From NCBI GenBank assembly GCA_018821305.1, contig JAHJMN010000131.1, positions 44,106 to 108,105 on the forward strand: a stretch of DNA of 64,000 nt, read 5' to 3'. The first letter of the stretch is position 1. Each line of letters opens with the position of its first letter. Source of the DNA: Myxococcota bacterium. Its GTDB lineage: Bacteria > Myxococcota_A > Polyangia > HGW-17. The notes under the pieces are model-generated. The model saw nothing but the letters and a program-made list of their open reading frames with translations. It did no database searches and was not told the origin of the DNA. Of this stretch, positions 59,801 through 64,000 are shown piece after piece. A program made the translations under genes and the position numbers.

Positions 59801-59976
59801 TCGGCCTTTGTTTCAACCATGATTTCAAGTCCAGTGAACGGATCAATTTTAGTTTCACCGGTTTTAGTTGAAATGCCTTTTTCCGGACCTTTTGTAGTTG
59901 GTTTGCAACTTCCCAAACTTAAAAGAATTGCCGAAAAAAGAACTGCTAAACTTATGAATTTCCTTAGATTTACCAT
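53839..59976 (-). CDS. alpha-2-macroglobulin family lipoprotein (2045 aa), thioester motif degenerate
   Basis: Lipobox (LSLGSC). Size and MG-domain-like beta-rich repeats fit the family. The position equivalent to the 'YPYGCLEQ' thioester reads 'HPYDCAES', so the reactive Gln is replaced by Ser (about nt 55360-55400). Confidence 0.8.
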   Translation of the reverse strand: MVNLRKFISLAVLFSAILLSLGSCKPTTKGPEKGISTKTGETKIDPFTGLEIMVETKADKEFTLYAGPEPPPRPTEKMSDFPPPPSVVAKPTYGDVKVLRVHPKGEIKNMGAMTVAFNQPMVPLTSLEEQRAVDLPITIEPKIEGRFRWLGTSVLAFEPTMRFPYATQYRVTIPRGVKSALGNEKKDTEFFTFTTPVVKIDNRTPSSWGHHSTFIPIALKFNQDVDPNHILQMATLSSSKGNVALKLVPKSEWKNHNKYTYIGNDKQIKRVVYLKPVRELDKNTYYTFTLKSGLKSLEGPLVTLAPISFSFSTYPPLNIKGIGCGWNFGPCKPGYSPRIGFNNQLKTSDKDLIKMITITPKVENLKIQVSYQNIYFYGDFKAATNYNVTLKKGVEDVWTQKYASDFKGKIIFEDAWPALSLPAYRNGVIEKTQNTALIVNGINNITPATITLLKIDENNLFTAVEKLRNWYYQYYKPNQPTDGLSGKKVVYKAKLNTRKNVEQEYRVDLKRVLGGSGGIVLAEIYSPDLKTNRWSDPYRWILLQVTDIGITAKYDLEKIIVMTTGLTSGKSASGLDIDIYKRYYDKTSRKYLSKKVFTGKTAKDGSIVAPGILSSREAGAHLVVAKNATRDSAYLALEHYGQDGGYLSSYSWWSSYIPHMKNLTYQMFSDRNPYRAGEKVQIAGILRMRSYGPKGSVVPVEGKDMKIKYRITDPRGAEVLKGETKVDPEGMFHVEFPSKVDARLGYYNFYGELIGSSNIEGTRTIYYGFQILAYRAPEHIVNVTGSNGPYYFGDTYTADISGKYTFGAPMNGAELQWSLRRQRAWFSPPKHSGFSFGVPTWWGGWDYWGSYYDYSKVIKNGNGKLGADGTAKVKVQLEQGKDKEKLPGAGSFTFEAQIFDVNRQSIAGRHSVTVHPASYYIGLKTPGGLVKEKQDFKIKIVASDIDGNRIAGRSVSLRAVQTEWTRKMVKDGKYWTSKWESKIVEKAKCNVNTAVDPVDCNFNLKEGGSYTFEAISKDEKGREAKSHVYIWVYGKNVKNWRQKNDRKFEILANKKEYKPGDEAEILFKGPFDKSLAIISFEREGFISHKIVELKSRTHIEKFKIEEYMIPNVNVSIAAVRGRINEKPTEMDADPGRPMYATGSHNMSISTESRRINVAVVPSRPVIKPGEKVDVEIQTTDSSGKPVEARVALAVVDEGVLSLLGYTLPNPISAFNPWRGTGTVMSDIRVNLLKDPKKKLAVKPMMRPMAQMRRSYKAYDGVYPSAAAYGNGKGGGGYKMARMKVAEEREASVDEASTGSTRNGRSGGKLTFKVRKLFASTAYFNSTLRTGPDGKVKVTIQMPENLTSYRFMAMAMEKDAKPRYGRGDEKVSIRRKFMIRPALPRFANYGDSFEAAVVVNNMTGSTGKATVKIEGVGFELLDKNTKTVDVENGKPAEVYFKVKTLWPGQARFRFSGFIGEETDSVEPPPVKVNVPSSSEATATYGVTETAIAQPIKPPKNIMKNFGGLDIHLSSTALTGLQDAVLKLVDHPYDCAESIASRLIPLITLKDILSEFKIAKIKDLDAQAAMGQQLINKLLTYQNYSGGFSYWPGHYYTSPFVSVYATWVLYMAKKEGYNVPENSLTQASTYIMRLLQDDYYWRNWRTYYYYSWTTKFFGYWVLTQLRNEKWVSKYYVTDDKIKRSTNDFFANRDKVGLFAKAFLMASIYRMHGENYEVKELMRLIQNSAVESARGIHFAESTAEDLKLLMHSNSMSDSIVMRALMEVSPKDIMIPKIMRALMESRIKGSWESSLANSFALETVSYYYRKYENVTPNYKAMVWLGKGYIGSKEYKGRSMAITHKRIPMEYVAKQGNADLVLAKKGEGKLYYRLGLTYVPADLKLKPEDQGFTVMRKYEPVEDKNDVVKNADGSWTVKAGKYVRVRLTVVVSDRKYYVAIDDPFPAGFEGVDMQLKTSASSTLRDNVKNSGRSMGYYWSWYWSRHPDHKEMRDERYVLFYDRLPAGVYEHSYIVRATTVGDFVVPPLKAHEMYAPESFGRNGTEFVKVVR

Positions 59977-60173
59977 ATTAAACTCCTGTCTGGAAAAAGC
60001 ATTATATCCTCTGAAATTAAATTTTCCATCATAATTCTGTTATTCCCCATACTTGTGAAAAAAAGAAGGGTATACTTTTACCTTTCAATTGTGGTTTTTA
60101 TGCCATGAAATGTGAAAATATTTGTTTTAAAGTTTAAAAACTATAGTATAAATAATAGTCAATCTGAAGAAAG

Positions 60174-61739
60174 GTGAGTTCAATGATTTTTAAATATCTA
60201 TTTTTATTATTAATTTTGGTTATATCCTGCAGTGAGAATTCAAACCCTGATGGGAATAATCAAAATAACAGTAATAATACAAACAACTCAAACAACTCCA
60301 ACAATTCAAATAATATCAATAATCACACGAATAACAACACTCAAGGATTTCAACTTCTTTCTCTTCCAGGAGTGCGCTACGGAATAAATATGGGTCACCG
60401 GAATCAGGGATGGAATGATTCTGAAACAGCTGATATTGCGCAAGCAGCCGGGGCAAACAGCATAAGAGTGAGTTTACCCATGAGTCATCTTGAGACCTGG
60501 GGTTACGAAATTGAAGTTGGGGATGTTCAGCATTATCACGAAATCGGTATGGGACGCCACTTGGTGGCTTTTTTAACAAAACCCATAGCCGAATGTTCCA
60601 CCGCGCCTTCAGGTACTGCTGATTGGGAACTTGTTTATTATATGCCAAGTGGTCTCTATGAACCGATTTGGGATTCAGAAGGGGTAGTCAATCCTGACAA
60701 CTGCTGGGCTAAGTATGTTTTCGATACGGTAAGTGTTTACCATAATTACATAAAAATTTGGGAAATATGGAATGAACCGGACTGGATAAGTGACTGGCAT
60801 ACATCCCTGGACTGGTGGGATTCACCACCTTCAAAGGATGACCTTCCTCGGTTTAACGGAAGTATTTTTAATTACATAAGAATGCTTCGTGTCAGTTATG
60901 AAGTAATCAAACACGTTGATCCCAATGGACTTGTCGCCACTGGAGGTATTGGATATGAGTCATTTGCCGATGCAATAATGAGATACACTGACAATCCTGA
61001 AGATGGCTCTGTGACTGATGATTATCCCCTTCGTGGGAGTAATTGGTTTGATGTTCACTCCCTTCATTATTACCCGATTTTCGGAGGTGGAAATTCCGAT
61101 TCCGGAATCATCGGGTTTGAAAATCAATTGACAGGACATATGGATGTTTTGACGGAAAACAACGCTGGTGAAAAATATATTATTTTCACTGAATCCGGTG
61201 CCCCGCATCTGGTAGTTGGCGATAATCCAGGGGGTGAAGACTATGCTGCAAACTACCTTTTAAAGTTAATGCTCGTCTCCCATAGTCATGGAGTCAGTGG
61301 TATAGACTGGTTTCTTTTGACAGATACTGCTGCAGCGGGTGACAGCACAACTCCGTTTTCATATATGGGACTTTACCTTGATACCGTAGATTTATCAGAA
61401 ACTTCCGAAGCCCAGATAACCCAGGCCGGACGTGCATACAGCGCCCTGAAAACCCTCACAAACGACGCTGTATCGGTTTCCCCCCTCGATGATAATCTCT
61501 TTTTTGGGGATAATTTCCGAGGCGTAATGATTGAATACCCCGATGGTGAAGGTTTTGCTCTGTGGGCAGTTACTGAATCCGACGAAAATGCAGTTTCTAC
61601 GATCACTTTTTCCACGGAATCCAGTCTGGAAGTATACACCATAACTGATCCTGAAAACCCATCAGAAATAATCGAACCCGGCGAAAATATAGAAATTATT
61701 CTCACTTCTACTCCTGTTTTCTTAAAACCAGCACAGTAA
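60174..61739 (+). CDS. glycoside hydrolase, clan GH-A (GH5-like) lipoprotein with Asn-rich linker
   Basis: Lipobox (LVISC). Low-complexity 'NNQNNSNNTNNSNNSNNSNNINNHTNNN'. Catalytic acid/base context 'IWEIWNEPD' and nucleophile context 'IIFTESGA'. Confidence 0.7.
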   Translation: MSSMIFKYLFLLLILVISCSENSNPDGNNQNNSNNTNNSNNSNNSNNINNHTNNNTQGFQLLSLPGVRYGINMGHRNQGWNDSETADIAQAAGANSIRVSLPMSHLETWGYEIEVGDVQHYHEIGMGRHLVAFLTKPIAECSTAPSGTADWELVYYMPSGLYEPIWDSEGVVNPDNCWAKYVFDTVSVYHNYIKIWEIWNEPDWISDWHTSLDWWDSPPSKDDLPRFNGSIFNYIRMLRVSYEVIKHVDPNGLVATGGIGYESFADAIMRYTDNPEDGSVTDDYPLRGSNWFDVHSLHYYPIFGGGNSDSGIIGFENQLTGHMDVLTENNAGEKYIIFTESGAPHLVVGDNPGGEDYAANYLLKLMLVSHSHGVSGIDWFLLTDTAAAGDSTTPFSYMGLYLDTVDLSETSEAQITQAGRAYSALKTLTNDAVSVSPLDDNLFFGDNFRGVMIEYPDGEGFALWAVTESDENAVSTITFSTESSLEVYTITDPENPSEIIEPGENIEIILTSTPVFLKPAQ

Positions 61740-61740
61740 A

Positions 61741-61990
61741 AAAACATTTAGTCTTTTCAAATTTCGATTACTCCGAAAGCGGTCTATACCGCTTGCAGAA
61801 TAAAATGATCGAAATAAGAAAATTGAATCAAAAATTACGTTCTTTTTAATTATTAATTGATATTGAATGGTTACGACCTGTTCCTGAACCTGTTTTCCTG
61901 ACTTCCTGATTCCCTGCTAAAAAATCAGGAAATCAGTAGCAGGAACAGGAAAACAGGGGGCCTGCTGCTGCCCCTGATTTCCTGAATGCC
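61741..61990. repeat. dispersed element copy: palindromic 3' module plus CAGG module in inverted orientation
   Basis: 61765-61800 'TTTCGATTACTCCGAAAGCGGTCTATACCGCTTGCAG'. 61868-61912 'CCTGTTCCTGAACCTGTTTTCCTGACTTCCTGATTCCCTGCTAAAAAATCAGG' is the reverse complement of the 37148 copy. Confidence 0.75.
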
Positions 61991-62084
61991 TGTCTACCTG
62001 TAGTTAATAAATAGTGTTGTATTTATTAATTATTTTACTTGAAAATTCGCTAACCGATCAGCATTGGGTCTAGTTTTGGATTTT

Positions 62085-62729
62085 TCAGAAGTATCGATTC
62101 ATAAAAGCAAGTTCCTGCATAGTAAAACCTGATTCACTGCGACCCATGGCTACAGATGGAAGAAAATTCTGCAAGGGGAGCTCGTAAAAACCAAATCGAC
62201 GGTAGAAATCTGGTTCAATTTCAGAAAATAAAAGAAATTTCATTCGCGGATTTTCCGAAATTAACAGGAGAATCACTGCAGAAAGCAGTTTTGATATCCA
62301 TCCTTCCCTTCGGTTTTCCGGCTTGCAGGCGACAGAAGCAATTCCCACCACATCACGGGAAAAACGAATTGTATTCAAATCCGCCATGATTATTTCTTCA
62401 TTGTTTTCTATCAGGTAACGCTGCCCCGTAAGATGATCCATACTTGATTCATAGGATTTTAGAAAGGCCTCCATGTCGCGATCCTCATTCCATGCATCAT
62501 AGCCGAATCGAAGGATTTCATTCATATCTTCCGGAACTGCTTTTCTTATAAGTCCTACTTTTTTTGAAAGATCGTAAAACCTGTCGGATCTGGAGAAATA
62601 GCAGTTATCATTATTTGAATTTAGAAAACAAAAGACTTCCGACTCTGTTTTAGTATTATTGAAAGTGCCAGCCTCAAGAAAATATTCATTATTCAAAAAA
62701 TATAAGTTCCACATAAAAATACACCTCAA
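62085..62729 (-). CDS. GNAT family N-acetyltransferase (start uncertain)
   Basis: C-terminal half 'IGIASVACKPENRREGWISKLLSAVILL...RRFGFYEL' matches the acetyl-CoA-binding motif A/B arrangement. Confidence 0.5.
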   Translation of the reverse strand: MRCIFMWNLYFLNNEYFLEAGTFNNTKTESEVFCFLNSNNDNCYFSRSDRFYDLSKKVGLIRKAVPEDMNEILRFGYDAWNEDRDMEAFLKSYESSMDHLTGQRYLIENNEEIIMADLNTIRFSRDVVGIASVACKPENRREGWISKLLSAVILLLISENPRMKFLLFSEIEPDFYRRFGFYELPLQNFLPSVAMGRSESGFTMQELAFMNRYF

Positions 62730-62811
62730 TTTTCAGGATATACCATCAGCAATCGTCATTGTCAGGATTTAGATTCTTGAAAAGTAGAACTCCGAGTGGT
62801 AATAAGAAGAA

Positions 62812-63240
62812 ATGAACCGGAATTTTATTTTTCTGATTACAAGTATGATTTTATTTACGGGATTTTCGTGTAAAAGCGGGAAAAAAGGACGCAAGGACTA
62901 TGTTCCTCCGGTGCCTGTTCCGAAGAATCTCAATGAAGAACCAGTAGTTGAAAATGGTCCAATGTACAAAGTGTATGACCGGAGATTTTCATCAGATAAA
63001 AACAGCACTGCGGCAAAAGTACCTGTAAAAAATCTTGTTTATGAAAAAAAGGTTCCTGATGACTTGAAAGACATTCCGGAGAAGAAAGAGGAAAAGAAAG
63101 AAACAAGTGAAAAGAGTTTTTCAGTTATGCACGAAAAACCGGCATATCTTCCTCCAATTCCTCCAAATCCCCGAAAAGAATGCGATACGGACTGCAACTC
63201 ATCCACAACTAACGATGGTCAATTTAATATTATAAAATAG
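62812..63240 (+). CDS. lipoprotein, hypothetical (Pro/Lys-rich)
   Basis: Lipobox (LFTGFSC). The body is Lys/Pro/Glu-rich and disordered-like. Confidence 0.45.
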   Translation: MNRNFIFLITSMILFTGFSCKSGKKGRKDYVPPVPVPKNLNEEPVVENGPMYKVYDRRFSSDKNSTAAKVPVKNLVYEKKVPDDLKDIPEKKEEKKETSEKSFSVMHEKPAYLPPIPPNPRKECDTDCNSSTTNDGQFNIIK

Positions 63241-63248
63241 TGTCTAAC

Positions 63249-64000
63249 TCAGAACGACGATTTAAAGTTCCATACTGGTTTGGCTATGAAATCTATATTA
63301 ACTGTTTCTTCGGTAGCCTTGATGATGTGATCAGACTTTTTATAAGCGAGTGGCGATTCATCCAGAGTATTTGTATCTATACAGGATGAGAAAATCCCTT
63401 TCATGGATTCCCGGTATGCTTTCAGACTTATGACTTCTTTAGCTTTGCCCCGTGAATATTTTCTTCCTGCCCCATGAGGAGCAGAAAAATTCCAGTCAGG
63501 TAACCCTTTACCACTGCCGAAGATGGCACCATCTCGCATATTGAGCGGTATAACAAGTTTTTCGCCTTCATGAGCTGAGATTGCTCCCTTCCTAACGATA
63601 TTATCGTTAAAATTATAATAATTATGGATACTTGATATTGTTTCGAGTTTCTTAATATTCAATTTGAAAAACTCGGAAACAATGATTTCCGCCATAACTT
63701 TTCGGTTATCAAGTGCAAATTCTTGTGTTATTTTCATATCATCAAGATATTCCTGCCCTCCATCGTCAATGTGCATATACTCCATCTGGTGCCATGCACC
63801 GGCACCACGGAACTCTTTACGAATCCATTCCTTTGCTCTGGAAACATGGTAATCGCAGACTTTAAGTCCCAGATTTCGACTTCCTGAATGAATAAGGAGC
63901 CAGATGTTACCTTCCGGGTCTCGATCCAGTTCCAGAAAGTGGTTACCACCTCCAAGGCTGCCTGCGCTGCACATGACGCGCTGATAATCTCCTGGACATA
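63249..64000 (-). CDS. rtcB: RtcB family RNA 3'-phosphate ligase, C-terminal about 250 aa (N-terminus beyond window end)
   Basis: 'SAGSLGGGNHFLE', 'HSGSRNLG' and 'NFSAPHGAGR' RtcB motifs are present. The ORF runs off the window edge. Confidence 0.8.
   Translation of the reverse strand, partial: CPGDYQRVMCSAGSLGGGNHFLELDRDPEGNIWLLIHSGSRNLGLKVCDYHVSRAKEWIRKEFRGAGAWHQMEYMHIDDGGQEYLDDMKITQEFALDNRKVMAEIIVSEFFKLNIKKLETISSIHNYYNFNDNIVRKGAISAHEGEKLVIPLNMRDGAIFGSGKGLPDWNFSAPHGAGRKYSRGKAKEVISLKAYRESMKGIFSSCIDTNTLDESPLAYKKSDHIIKATEETVNIDFIAKPVWNFKSSF

Overview
This is a 64-kb chromosomal window from a low-GC (~38-40% by eye) diderm bacterium. It contains no rRNA or tRNA genes, no CRISPR array, and no transposase or integrase gene. 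Recognisable housekeeping loci are nadA, a gnd-pgl-zwf oxidative pentose-phosphate operon, nifU-nifS, gpsA, folK-nadE, a PPi/ATP phosphofructokinase, smpB, a phoU-pstBACS operon with an upstream phosphate-type porin, and a partial rtcB at the 3' edge. Between them lies an unusual set of surface and signalling genes. Several giant secreted or lipoprotein products carry Myxococcus-type cysteine-rich repeats, one fused to a CAP domain and one to IPT/TIG domains. There is also an FHA/TonB_C-like membrane protein, an orphan Flp pilin, a Sel1-repeat lipoprotein, a 2045-aa thioester-less alpha-2-macroglobulin lipoprotein, two large hybrid histidine kinases and a FliA-like sigma factor. The least explained structure is non-coding. 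A family of CAGG/CCTG-rich dispersed elements of about 150-180 bp sits in at least seven intergenic gaps. It ends in a GCAAGCGGTCTAGACCGCTTGC palindrome, expands into 8- and 16-bp microsatellites, and lies within a 1.1-kb repeat island (45720-46800) that also holds about eight GC-rich 42-bp tandem units, which is not a CRISPR array. The phylum cannot be assigned from sequence alone; the gene content would fit a Bdellovibrionota-like, Fibrobacterota-like or candidate-phylum diderm.
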